From: Tubiluchus corallicola
Lineage: Eukaryota > Animalia > Priapulida
Assembly: GCA_030141605.1 (NCBI GenBank)
Contig: JAQGDQ010000179.1
Location: 310,001-374,000 of the forward strand
Direction: 5' to 3'
DNA length: 64,000 nt
Shown: positions 10,414-24,500 of the stretch, in pieces
Layout of the letters: the number at the start of each line of letters is the position of its first letter
How positions within the stretch are numbered: the first letter of the stretch is position 1
The notes under the pieces: generated by a model
Seen by the model: the letters and a program-made list of their open reading frames with translations, nothing else
Told to the model about the DNA's origin: nothing
The model's database searches: none
Made by a program: the position numbers and the translations under genes

Positions 10414-13400
10414 CTGCTGTTTTTTGTTGAGGTATGCATTTTAAGCTGAACAAAGTTTGAACTTAATCAATTTTTGGAAGCACAGGGCATGAATAATCAG
10501 TTTTGAAAGAAGAATGCTTTTAGGTTAACTACAAAATAGTTTTTACTAACTAAAGCTCATTTTTCTAAATTATTTTCCATCTCATACGATATCATCACGT
10601 CATACTGATAATTGCACACAACAGCTGTGAGCAATGTAGCTTAGTTTTCACTGTGAAGTGCTACTGGTCTAGTACGATTATGAATTGGTTTTTGTCCACA
10701 GAAACATATTTTATTGCAGTTGAGACTCAAGTAGTATTTACGAGGCTTGTTGATAATAACAAAAATAAGTGAACTTTCACATTAAACATAAGCTGCATAC
10801 ACAGGTACACACATACGTAAAAATAAAAAAGCATATTGTGTCAATAGATGCAGCTTTTGTACTGATGATTAGTTAGTAGGTTTCAAAACGTTTCCCTATT
10901 AAAGAGGTAGGTACAGAAGTTTTATTAAGCTATGATTATGAGTTTTTTATTTTGGTTTGCCAGAAGACTTGGAATTCAAGATGAACGTTGATGTGATGGT
11001 TGCTTTCAAGAGTGCTCTCGACGACACTGAAAAGCAGGAAAAGTGGTTTCGTTTTTGCACAAGGTTGATGATAAGTCTCTACACTGACTGTAGTAGAGCA
11101 CAGTTGGTGCCCTTTGTGTCTTGTTAATTTGCAACTGTTTAAGTTTGGTAGCGTTTGTTAATTTTAACATTAAAATTGCACCAAATTCAAGACTGCCAAA
11201 GAGTTTTTTTGTGATGTTATTTTAATATTTATTACACATATTTAAAAATAATAATAAAAAAAACTGAGATTGTTCTTGAACTTTTGCTGAACGATTTTGC
11301 AAATTAAATTGTCAGCAGTGTACTATAGTTTTTCGTCCAATCAGGCTTGTGTAAATTTTGTGCATCCTGCCTTACGACTAGAGAAGGAAGACTCAGTTTT
11401 GAGACAGGGTGCTCGAAGTTTTACTGTAATTGTGTGGATTAACACTTTTAAAGCACCACGTTTTTTGCATTCTATCACTTTTAATGCTTACACTTCCAAT
11501 TTTTCTTTGTTTTACTCTAATATTAACATTCTTAATTAACTGTCTTAACTGTGTCTGTCGAATTCTTATAGATGGACACACAATTTGTGCTTTTCTTGGT
11601 TACCAAAGGGTAGCGTGCGTGACTTTAGACAAACAGGTTTTATTGCATAACGAGTCATTGGCGCTCTGCATTTGATCACGTACTTTAACTTGCATTTTAA
11701 CTCCTTGTTTAATTCTCTTTTAACTAGAAAAAAGATGTATCCGCTTTTTTTAAGTAAAGATCAAAATTGCGTTGTCGGATGCACATTTATCGTCTTTTTA
11801 CTGACCATGATTCTTACCGTAAATTAAGATTTTATTTCTTTATCAGAATGAACTTAATTGCATAGTAATCATACGAAACAAAGATTGATTAGGTTTTATT
11901 CCAGAATATATCGTGTTGAAGTTGTTCTTTTTTAATATGCTTTATCATGCCTTTATGGCGGCTGCCTCGAGCGGTACAATCTTAGCTATGTGATTTCAAA
12001 TGAATTATTAACAACTTAAATCTTATATATCTAAACTGCAACAAAGTTGCAAAGTGTCTTAAAGTACACACTGTTGGTATATTTTTCTGTGGCTTATTTT
12101 TAATATTCCTAAGAATTTTCATACTACATTAAGACTTCAATGCGTACATTTGTTATGCGAGTCTCACTGAGTGCTTTTGCTATGTATTGTAATGCAACTT
12201 GTGTAATGGATACTAATGTTGGAAATGACCCCCCAATTTGTTGAAGGACTCGATTTTTGATAATGACTGGTGACGTCCAGGGTATTTTTGTTACTTCTTT
12301 ACATTTGCAAGTATTTATGAGTGTGCAGCCCAATTTTTACAGGGTTGGATGTAGTTAATATTTGTTTTTTTGACTGTTAATTTACTAATGGACACTGTTT
12401 GTGTACTAACCCTGGTTTTTTTGAATAAAGTTTTTGAGCATTATAAACAAGAATTTGGAATTTCCTGTATGAAGCTGTACAAAATAATTGCAATATTACA
12501 TTCGAATGATTCTCAAACACTAATAACAGAAACTTGCGTGGACTCTGAAAAAAAGGGGAATTAGCCAAAACAATTTACAGGGTCTACAAAAATAATGCAA
12601 CACTCATTCTAACCACATGCAATTCTGAATAATAACAGAAATCTGCAACTTTTGCAGTCAAAAAAGAGTAATTTATGACTGTTCTGCTTTTGCACAAACT
12701 AATGAAAAATGTTTGACAAGCACTAAATACTGATAGAAAATGCTGGGAATTTTTGCATTCATTCAGCACATCCAGTTAAGTCCTTTATTCAGGTTTGAAA
12801 AAGTGAATGCAAAGGCATAAATCTTTTAAATGTGGAATTCAGAAAAACATTACGACAAATCTTGGAAATTCTGAGAAGTACACATCGCAGCATGACGATA
12901 TGCATTCCCAATATGAAGGCACTTACAGACTTCTTTGTTAAACGAACGCTAAAGTTATTAAAATGCGTTCATATGTCTGATAATTCCATTTTAAACATAC
13001 TGTCGATTTTAAACAATCACACTAGTATACTGGTATACTTATGTATAGCAGCCCATATTATAAAACATGCCGATTCTCACCCCAAGATTACGTCACCCAT
13101 GAGCTCTTGGTTAACATTAAACGAAATAGAAATTCCTGTCTTCACCTCAATGAAATTAAAAATATATTACCAACATTGCTGATTAATTAATTATTTATAT
13201 ATATAGTAACAGATTGTAATTGTAATATTATTGTATTATTTGTATTTATTTGTGAGTGCATATATGTGACAATATGCGAATAAAGATAGTACATATATAA
13301 ATTTGATGGGGTAACAATTTATTTTTGTCCAGATAATATACATTGAAAAATTTGATGGGTTTGCTTGCTAATTTGGACACCAAATACACTTGACTAATTT

Positions 13401-13914
13401 ACATATTTTTTTGTTTTGTTATAAAATTGGAAACATGACCCATACAATTCAAAAATTCTGACCCATACCATTCTAAAATTCTCTAGTTTCTGTAGCTGTA
13501 ATGCAACCAATTTTTGGTGTTTAAAATAAACATAAAATGCAGTTTAGATGAATGCAAAACCAACTGTGCAGAGTGCTAAATGAGTAGATTGTTCTGGCAA
13601 AATAAGAATAAAAAAGAACATCTATATGCAAAAAACTAGCACATTTTTCGCACTGTAATCTTAGTTTCACAATTACCATGTCTTGTTTTCTTGTAGCAAT
13701 ATGCTAAAATGCAAAGCAGACACCTTATAAGAACAATAAAAATAAAATACAGTAGAAAGCTAAAATACAATCATTGCTTACAATAAGAAAAATTACACAT
13801 GATCTACGGCTGCAAAAATTTGAAATCACGACTCGTCTTACAACGTATCAGAAATGAGAACACAAAAATCATTGCAAAGTCAAAATACCATTTTCCAAAG
13901 TTTGCACAATTAAC

Positions 13915-14735
13915 TTTTTCTGGCACAATACAATGCATTTCCAGCCTGACGAGTAAATGCACAGTATATAATGTAATATAATATTTATGGATACAATATA
14001 TCACAACCTAAATAAACAACTTGAAAGTGCTACTAAATCAAAGTACTTAAGAGATTCTTAACTACACAATTACTAAATTCTAAATGCAATATTTTTGATT
14101 TTATACATACATAACCAATGAGGTAAACTATATATATAAACTGATGCAACATTTATTGTATAAAGCTGCCAATACATACACCAGTGCAGTCTACACACTG
14201 AATATATTTTAATACAATATAATAAAAACACAACACAATCATAGCTAGATTTACATGCGCATAATGCGGAAGAATGAATTAGACAAATACGTCATCATCC
14301 TGCTCAACGTAGTGAAATGGACATCAACACAACGAATAATCTAAACAAAAAGTACATTGCACAAAATTATGTGCTACAAAATTATCTGTTAATCTTGTTT
14401 TAAGAACTCATTTCTTGCTTTTAGCTGAAGAGTATTTCCATGTTCAGTCAAACCTCGTTATACCGCCAAACTCGTTTGACGCATGCAAAATGGCCAGGAA
14501 GAAAACGGCTGTATTCAACTGTACATAAAAATAACCCATTATATCGACACCCTTTATCCGACATCTGCCAGACAAATTGATATATATATGTTCAATGGAG
14601 AAATACCACCACCCGCTTGATTTATGCCAGCTGTACAGTCAGTTTTTCTGGCACAATACAATGCATTTCCTGCCTGATGAGTAAATGCACAGTATATGAT
14701 GTAATATAATATTTATGGATACAATATATCACAAC
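13915..14735. repeat. 93-bp direct repeat pair (13915-14007 and 14643-14735)
   Basis: tttttctggcacaatacaatgcatttcc...gatacaatatatcacaac; 3 mismatches by eye. Confidence 0.92.
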
Positions 14736-15335
14736 AGGCTCGCAAAATTGCTGACACTGACCAGATGTCACACGTCGCATAAAATAATGCATGTCATTGG
14801 CATGTTTTGATTGTTTGCAAGTTGTACTGCACATCATACAATCACAACAGTAAAAGATTGATAGCTCTGATATTATTGTCAATGTGCCACGCAGTCATAA
14901 TAGCAACTGACAGAAAACACATGGTTCTTGCGCCACAAAAAATGTGATATTTGATTGTTTTCTAAGTATCATCCAAGTAAATCCCAGGAATAAATTTGTA
15001 ACTGATTTAACCTTTTTTACATACACATGTTTAGTGGAGCAGTAGGCTAACAGCCTATTATATAGTTGAGTGCCAGACACATTTATTATGTAAACAAAGT
15101 GTTCTTGATAAAGAGGATTCATTTTGAGCAATTCACTAACTCACAAATGATTAATTAAATAATTCTCTTTTAATTCATTAACCCTTACAGTGAAAAATGA
15201 GGACTTTAACTTGTGTACACCTGTCTGACTGTCTTAATTGATTCGTCTATGGCAAAATTTAACACACGTTGTTGTAACGCCAAACTCGCTATAACACTGG
15301 AGTACCAAAGTGGGCGGTATAAAGAGGTTTAACTG
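14445..15335. mobile_element. Tigger/pogo-like MITE, copy B, in the APP 3' region
   Basis: TIRs CAGTCAAACCTCGTTATACCGCC and GGCGGTATAAAGAGGTTTAACTG|TA; internal homology to copy A in inverted orientation. Confidence 0.85.
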
Positions 15336-15543
15336 TATCATAAATTTCTTAAGAACACTGCAAAGGTTGTGTTGTGTGTGAGATTTGCAATATTATTACA
15401 GTTTTCCATGTTGATTTCTGTTATGAAAGAGATTCATCAAATCATCACAAGACAGCTGTTTTCACAAGCAAAAGCATGTTTTATCAAGCGGCTTCGCTTT
15501 GAATTTTACATTATTAATTTCAAAAACTACACTTTGGTGCCAG

Positions 15544-18500
15544 TCAGTTTGTGTATGTCTCGAAATATTTATACGTTGGATTTTCGTATCCGTTCATCTG
15601 CATGTTTGACAAGTGTTTCTCTTCAGGTGTTGTCTGTTCCACTTCGACAAAGTCCGGATTTTGCGGCTGCGTTCGCTTCTTTGCCACAACAGCTGCTACA
15701 ATAATAGCAGTGAGAAGAGCCACGCCGCCTAGCGAGATTGCCATAAACAAACCCTTTGTACTGCCTTTACTGCTCGAGTGCCTCAGCTCATCATTAAAAC
15801 CCTTAATAAAACAACAATGCAACCTTAATTATTAATGACAATATTAGGTACAATTAAAGAAAAATTTCATAATTATGAGGGAGAGAGAGACGAGAGAGAG
15901 ACAGAGAGAGAGCGAGAGAGAGAGGCAGGCAGACAGACAGACAGAGAGAGAGAGAGAGCAAGCACAAGTGGTCTATCATCAGTCATATCCTAATTTTTGG
16001 GTTTTTTAAATATTAATTTTAATTACTGTGTGTTTCAACACACAGACACAGTGAACAAAAGCTACTAGAGAAACATAGAAGCATAAAATAAATAATAAAC
16101 AAAGAAATTAAGACTGTTTTCAGCCATAAGATCCCATTCTCAGCAACTCAATTTATCAAATATTCAGAAATGCAATATATTTTTGTTTTAATGGAACAGA
16201 ATCAGTTCCGAATCGGAAACAGTTATAGGTTTACTTCATTCCTATACAAGCATAAGATTTACAGAGGGTTTTACGACTAAATTTTCTTACTGGGAATTGA
16301 TCAGTTAATAACAAGAACATGCCAGAGGGATACGAATACCCCAAGTGAGTTTCACACAATCCCAAACAGGTAAAAGAAACTAAAGTACATAAAAATGGAA
16401 ATACTTTCACTAGATGAGCTGACACAGCTAACTGCCTCAACTACCTTAGATTGTTTGCCATGGTAATAACCATGTGCACTTGCTTAACCAGCAAAATATT
16501 ATCAGTAAATGTGCAATTGTAACAGCATCCAGTAATAACTGGTATCCAAACTTTATGTATGTGTTTCAAAGTCAACATTTCTTTGCAGCTAATCAACAAA
16601 CAATATTCATTTCATGGTAAACTCGGTAGTCGAGAATCATTATGCCCTGTATTTGAGGCTTGAGCTGTTTTTTTCTGTTACCATGGTGATTGAAGAGTTA
16701 AGATGTAAGATTGCTGCATGGCAATATGTAGAAAGGGAGCAGGTATGTAGGTGTAAATCAAACCACTGCATAGACTTATGCAGCCAAGTTTGATGCCAAT
16801 AAAATGCTCACGAATTACAGACTTAGCAACCAAACTGTCATTTGATACCTGTTCTAATTGCTATCTTAATGATTTGAAACACCCAGTGTAATGAATTTAG
16901 ATAAACCTGGACAGCACTTCCATACAATTAAGTAACTAAGTGTTAGAATATTTTGCCAAGTGTAACCACTAACCACCTGTTTAAGTGTCCATGCTACAAT
17001 GGATAAGTAAATGATAATCATACCTGCTCAACATGCAGAGAATTTTGTCTGTGGTGTGCAACTTGTGGTTCACCAACCATCTGAAGCACAGCTTGCTTCA
17101 CAGCTTTTTCTACATCAGTCATTTCCTCCTCTGGTTCCATGTCATTTTCATCAATCTAAGTAATGAAAATACATCATTATGATTTATGTAAAAGTACAAT
17201 CATTTTTTCTTTTATGTTGTTATGTAATGTTTGTTTATCTTCATAGTACTTAAATAACTAAATCCGGTCCAGGTTTACAAAGCTGTCACTAAGTTGACGA
17301 TGTGATTAATAGTTTAGCGAATGTAATAATGATGCCGCTAACTTAGCGAATGGGCTTTGTGAAACTGGTCCCTCAATACTCAAATTAAAAAAAGTATGTT
17401 GCAGAATCAGATGTTACGACCTTTGTCAAAAATATTCTTGTAACAGAATGAACTTCTATGAGGCTGGGTCATACTGAAGTAGTCTCGCATGTATGCTTCA
17501 TGTGCTGCCTGGTCTCTACAAGGCAAGTTCACATTGGAGCAGTCTTGCATGTATGCTTCATTACCATATTAACTGTGTCTGATAAAGCGAAGACATACAT
17601 ACCCAAATATGGAAATCATTGGTATTTAATCAAAAGTCGCAAGGATGTAAAACTGCCATGTCTATTAAGCATATTTAAGCTTTGCTTCTTTATAGGTCCA
17701 CAGTTTTTTAGATACTAGTAACAAGAAGTTGTTGAATTTTTCTAGACTTTTCACTGCTTTTCACTACTAAACTGAGCTAAAATGGTAATCAAGACTTGCT
17801 ACAATACACAATACAATACAATACTTAATACACAATACACATTTCATTTTCTGTTAGCTAATGAGCTGAAAACTATTTGACTTTTATACAAAGCAGACAC
17901 TAAACAGCCTGCCAGGGGCAAATATAAAAAGAAATCACTAAAACTTCAGTGAAACGAGTGTGAAACTGCTACCGATGAGAATTGGGAAACTTTAATTTTT
18001 AACCACTTGGCTATTCATGTACCATACATGCAAGAATATGGAATAGTGCACCAGGCTATATAACTGTTTACAGAAAAAAAGAACCCATTTATTAGGTATC
18101 TGAAAAGAGAACATTTAAAGCCACTAATGAAGTGTGTGACTACAGTACTGCAACTTATTTTTTTCACTCAGGAAAGTAGTGTGATCCTACATACTTTCGT
18201 TGTACCAATAACATTTGTGCGAAAATAAAACAAGGTCAAATGGACTTGAGGCTAAAGCAGTTAAAGTAAATTACAATGAAAATATATGGCTATCAGATTA
18301 AAGGAACTAATTAAAGCTAAAATGAATATTGACTGTTATTAAAAGAGAAATCAATCTTATCGGCATGGGAGAAATCAAAATAAAAAGTTCTTAAACAGAA
18401 CAATCAAATTTACCTTGATTGGCTGTGGCTCTGTGGCTGCTTCAGTAGTTTCTGTAGTAAATTTCGTAGTAGATGGAGGACGTTCAGTTTTAATCTCAAC

Positions 18501-21500
18501 TTCATTTTCCACGTCTGACGGGAACACTGACTCTATTTCATCTTCAACTTCCAAACGATCCTCTTCGATTTCTCGATCTTTCTCTTGTTCTACTAAAAAC
18601 GTTTAACACAAAATGAGAAAAGTTGAAGATGAATAAAATTGTCAAATTGTGCTAATAAACGTACGAAACTGTTTCTTTTGACCACAGTATTTAAAATTTA
18701 TTTGAACGTAGGTAGTAAATAATTGTACACCAGTGTAGCATTTCTTAGCATGCAACATAGTATCATTTTTTGTTTTATATATACATTTTAGTGTTTTAAT
18801 TATTCTATTATCAAGTCCATCTCGTTTAGTTTATCAAGTAACTTACTTTGTTTTGCTCTGCTCATTTCTTCTTTGTACTGGTCCAATATTTGACTGTTTT
18901 CCACTCCACTTGCTAGTTTAAACACAGTGTCTGAACTATCCAACCGCAGGTCACTATGGATGTCTTTTAAAAATTCATCTGAAATTTGACTCGTATTTTA
19001 ACATTCTCACAAACCTCACCTTTAGTTTTACAGATTTTCACACAGAAGCAAAATATCTTCCATCAGTGTAAAAAAATCAAAATTTTGAATTTCGAACAAC
19101 TATTATTTGGCATTCTGGCAAAGAACTCAAAATGGAGAACAAAAAAGTCATTTAAACACATGAAAGCAACATTAACTGAGAAAGTCAGAAAAATTTTTTT
19201 GCACCACAAACTTGAACCCAGGCCTTCCTATCCGGGAAGCTATGCTAGCCACTACACCACAGAAGAACACAACTTTTCAGGCTTAGAAAATTTACATTAT
19301 AAGCTAACAGAGGTCTAGCAAGTGGGAAATCACAGACTACAATACATCAAGATATAGTACTAGATCATTATATAAATATTGTACAACGACATAAATGCAC
19401 GAATGCAATACTAATTTAAAAAGTCCGAAAAAGTTTATAGGTGTATAGCTATAAAAAGTCAATATTTTATTGACGTGCAGACCTATATGGACTTTACAAA
19501 CAGGAAAGACAAAATATGTCAATTGCCTCTGATCATGCTTTAAACTTTCATACGTACATTTGTCCAACTCTCTAAAGGATAAGCAAACTCACATAAATGT
19601 CACTGCTTCCAAATGGGACTCAAGACAGCCACTTTAAATGAATAAACGTTTACTACAATTATTGTTGAAAGCATAACAAAGTTTTTGGAGAGATGATAAT
19701 CTAAATGAGTACAAATACAAGACTTTCAAATCATTAATAAAAACACCTGGGCCCAGGTCCAAAAAGCTGCCACTAAGTTAAGAATGCAGTCATTAATAGT
19801 TTAGAGAAAGTAATAATGACATCATTAACTTGGTGAAACTTTGTGAAACTGGCCACAGCACGGAATAACAGATTACAAATGTAATTTCTACACTAATTTA
19901 CACCTTTAAAAAACTGTTATTTCTAACTCACTCAGTTCATCAAGTATTTTCTTCTGAATGCGTGGCACACGGTCAAGTAATTCTATGGTCTTGTTTATTC
20001 TGCCGTCGATTGCACTCAGGTGTTCCAGCGTGGCTTGACGAGTTTTAGCTGCATTTTCTGGATTTGTGTTCACCAGATGACGATAATGGTTAATAGTATG
20101 AGAACGATCTTTCTCTTCCGCACGAATATATTTCTGCAGAGCTTTCAAAATCTTATGTGCCTGCAAGTGATGAGAAATTGATGATTAATATCACGACTTA
20201 ATTGTTATTAACGAGTTACTACATACAACACTACTAACAACATCAGGAAAATATGCACACACAACGATAGAATAAATTTTTACTGTTATACTATTAAGTT
20301 TTGAACGAGCTTAAAATGGTTCTATTATGCAACCCATGAAGTACAATTTCTCGCAGTTTTTTTGCAGTAATGTACCGAGTCATAAAATCTGTATTGCAGG
20401 CGTATAAAACCTTTAGTATTTTTAATTCAAAGCAGATTTAAGTAACTATTTTTGATACAGTTTGATATGCTGCAGTCCAGTTTATTTTACAATGTAAAAT
20501 TTTGTAAATTTCGCAGCTGATTATACTGCCTCATATGCAAAGATATCTATGACTAACCGTCTACCTTCACTGGTGGGTAGGAAAATATTCTAAGTTTCAT
20601 TATTACAAGCTATGTAATAAATTATTGTAAGTTTCTGTCGCTGTTGATTTTCGTTTTATTACTGCTATTTTTCAACATTTTTGTTTGTTTCGCTCCTGTG
20701 GCAAATATGTAAAATTTCGTTCGTTCTGTTCGTGTATTGAATAGCAATCGTTCTCATACTGCGTTTGTGTATCGTGTATCAAACCCTGATTTGCACATAA
20801 CCAGATAAAGCTTTCAATCACTACCTGTGCTGGTGACCCTTTCAGTGCCTCCAGGTACGTCTCCATTGCTTTGTGCTTGCGTTCATTTATATCAAACTCA
20901 ACACGTGTGAGATGTTCCTCAATTAACTGCCGTCTCAAACTTTGCCATTCCTCTTCCAAACTAGCTACAGTCTTCTGAAACACCTGCAACACAAATGGTG
21001 TTTAGTTTGCTAATGTTTTTATGCTGATAGCAAACAGATTATTTTACATCATATATATGCACACTGAAAAGCCAGAACTTGGTTTCAAACTGCAAACAAA
21101 AGCAAACAGTACAAGTTATACAACTAGAAGGATACAGTTCAGTTGACCATACTGTAAACATAAAAAAATATAAACTAAATTTCTAGGAACTCAATTTCAA
21201 AGCCTTGTTTATGAAGTGATATATTTGCAATGCACCATTCCAAGTGAAAATCACAAGTTAAGGGTTGAGAGAAATTTATGGATTCGTTTCATAATCATTG
21301 GTATGAATGACTATGTAGTCGTTACTCAATGGGGCACAAACATAGTAAGGAACTTCACCATGTAATGTACTATATTTAGCAATGTACATACAGAAGAACA
21401 TACATTTACCACTACATTTATTACTAATGTATTTATGCACCTAGAAATTATTGTGTCAGTGAGTCCTCGCAAAATTCGCAAATATCTCCAGCATGCAATA

Positions 21501-24500
21501 ATTTAGCATTTTACAGTGTAGATCAAAATAAAGTTAGAGGAACTTAGATATCAAGGCAGTCTCTGTTGTATATTTTCAGTGACAACAGAAAGTACACATA
21601 TCTGTGTTTCTCTAACTTTATTTTAATAGATATGGTGATATACATCCAAAACTAATTGTTGTTTGAAATGGAAACTGATTTAAGATAAACTGCCTAAAAT
21701 TTATGATGTTGTTGCACAAAGTTTGCATTAGTGAAAAAAATTATAATTTCACGAAATTACATTAGGCCATCCATAAACAAAAGAGTGGATATCCAAGTTA
21801 GTTAAGATGTGCTCAACTCTGTTTAAACTTTAAACCAACAACTTAAACTGACAGGTAGACATAAAGGTTTATAGTTTACTAAGGTTCAATAACAGGCAAT
21901 AATGATGCCATGCAATCTGATTTGCCTTTACATACATGTTATTGTAAATTTCTATTTGCACATTTACTATATTTTTTCCTTATGATATCTAATGATGTAA
22001 TAGTGCTAATTATTAGTAATGTGCACACTTACGGATGACATATCTTTTTTAAATTTTTCTGCTCCAGCTGGGTCTTTACTCTTCATATGCTGATACTTCT
22101 CCTCGAGCTCACCCCAGTCTTTCATCACCTGTTAAAACCTCTTACTTTAATAGACGTAGACGTTGCAACAACGAAAATGTCTTTTTGGGAATCTTAGCTC
22201 GAATCCTAACATTCTTGGTTCAGTTCCGGGCTTCGGAACCAATTGTCGCGGAAACTTTTCTGATGGCAGTAAGTTTTGTTTATTGCTTGCAAAAATTTTC
22301 TCAAGCAAGTGCCAAATAAAATTTCAGTCAAGTAACAAAGCAAACAGCAGTTCATCAAGAAACGTGAGAGCAAATATGACAAAAATGTGCTATACAAAAG
22401 ACCCTCGCCAAGAAATAGATAGCATTCTAGGCACGTTTAATCAGTAGTCACTCTTAAACTGAATGATTAATGGACATGCACGTTAAAACAGGAATCCCAG
22501 GGATCAGGCCAAAGAAAGGCTTTTCATTATTTCCTATCCTTTAGTGCTTCAAAGGAGTGTTTTCAGATTTTCATGGATGAGTAGATGGATGCAAAATTTA
22601 ATAATATTTCAAGAAAAACTGCACCTAACATCAGAGTTTATGGATAAGCCTTTTCACAGTTCCAGCAACTGACGATGATAGTGAAACAGAAATGGTAAAA
22701 GATGACATCAGCAACGCCTTTGTAAACATGTACAATTCCACACTTTTGTTGCTGCTGGAATGGATTGATAATTACACTGACTGCTTCTGTTGTTCTGCTA
22801 AGTCATTTTGGATAAGGACATCATATTAGATTTACACTAATATTAATCAAACAAGTTAATTTAGCTGTCAGCTTATCTGATAATGAACTTTGTTAGATTT
22901 TGCAAGAAAAACTTGCATTATGTATTGTACTGCCGAAATTTCAATGGTGTTTCCAAGATAATCATGTGGTTACGGTCATGGGAAACTGCCAGCAGTCAGG
23001 TAGATGCGCAAGGTAGGCAGGTGTCAAAATGAGATACCAGTGGCCTTTGACTACAGCCCTAAACAGCAACTTTTTGTACAGTATGTGCGAAACTTTGACA
23101 AGGCTTATTGTTTAAAAGCCCCCTAGTAGAAAACTGTAAAAATTCTACTGCATTTACATTTTTCAATAACATGTCTCCTTTAATTGTAAATGTCATGCAG
23201 AAAACTAATAAACTGATCTTTCTAGCACACATTCTTTGTATAGCACCTTACACACAGTGTATCACACATCTAGATACATGTCGACACAACTGCAGAAGAT
23301 GAACAGCTGCTTCAAAACATTTAAAATTTACGAATAAATTTCTGCACACAGGCAAATCATTTTCCCCAGACTCAGATTTCTTATTAATCAGGTAGTAACT
23401 GTTTAATCAATATCCATGCCAACACGGTGAGTAGCCTGGCGTGACACAATAAATTTCAACTTCCCCGTAAAGGTTTATTGATTGCACTGGCTCGCGTGTA
23501 TTCCAGCTGAAATTGTGTATAAATGTGATATCTACTGTCTCAGTAGATCTGCAGTCAGTTGCTGTAACATTTATTACACTCCAGACTATAAAGGAAAAAC
23601 ACAGTTTATCACTTATTTAACTCTAAATTATTGTATTCTCAAAGATTCCAAAGGTGTTAGGCTGTTGACTGCAAAACAATTAACATGTTCTCCATGGAAA
23701 GAGTCTATGTTTCCTTCTATGCCTTACTTATTTCTACCCATAAGCAACTTTAAGTTAGAGGCACATAGCGTGCGTACTGTAGAATGACACACTGGTCCCT
23801 ATGTGAAATTGTACTCAGAAATAGCTGTATTCTAAAAGTGTCATTTCAAAACAAGTCTCTCAAATGGGACTTATCGGTAATCAAGTTTCGCATTTAAGTC
23901 AAATGAAAAAAGCTACGGAAAATGAAACAAAGTGTAAAATGCGTAATCCGTATAACGTACTGAAACAGCTCTACCGTATAATAATTAGACTTGACTCACA
24001 GTGTTATGGAAATGAATTATAGCTGTATTATCTCAGAGAGCAAAAAAAGAATAAATTGTATCAACTGGGTAAATCCAAAAAATTTTGGTGTAACGCATAG
24101 ATTGCATGATCACATAGCAATTTATCCTGGATTGAATTAATACAAGTTTAATTAAGGTCATTTTGTGTGTTACAGTTTTCGAGTGTGTTAGTAGAGTAGA
24201 ATTTTGAATAATTTGGATACCAAGTTTTTTAAAAATTGTTTACTTTTTTGTTCACTGTTTGCCAAGTCAAGCAAAAATGCAAACAATGTTCAAATTTTGA
24301 ACAAATGACCAAGTATCTTATATGCAAAATGGGAAAATACCTTAGTTATCAAGCCTATAAAATAATGGTTATGTCATATATACCTTTGTGACTTTTGCCC
24401 TATGTCTTTCTTCAAGCCTGGCTTCTGCTTTTTTAAAAGCAGCATGTTCATGTTCTCGAGAACTGCGGTGAAAATATGGATCTTCTTCGCCATCCGTCAT

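Noticed and set aside
11297-15131. Short ORFs of 60-116 aa in the track between CPEB and APP, and similar intronic ORFs elsewhere
   Set aside because: No recognisable motifs or splice support; consistent with chance ORFs in UTR, intron or TE DNA.
6365-15335. dsRNA between CPEB pre-mRNA and APP mRNA through the shared MITE
   Set aside because: The copies are inverted and the genes lie on opposite strands, so both transcripts carry the same sense.
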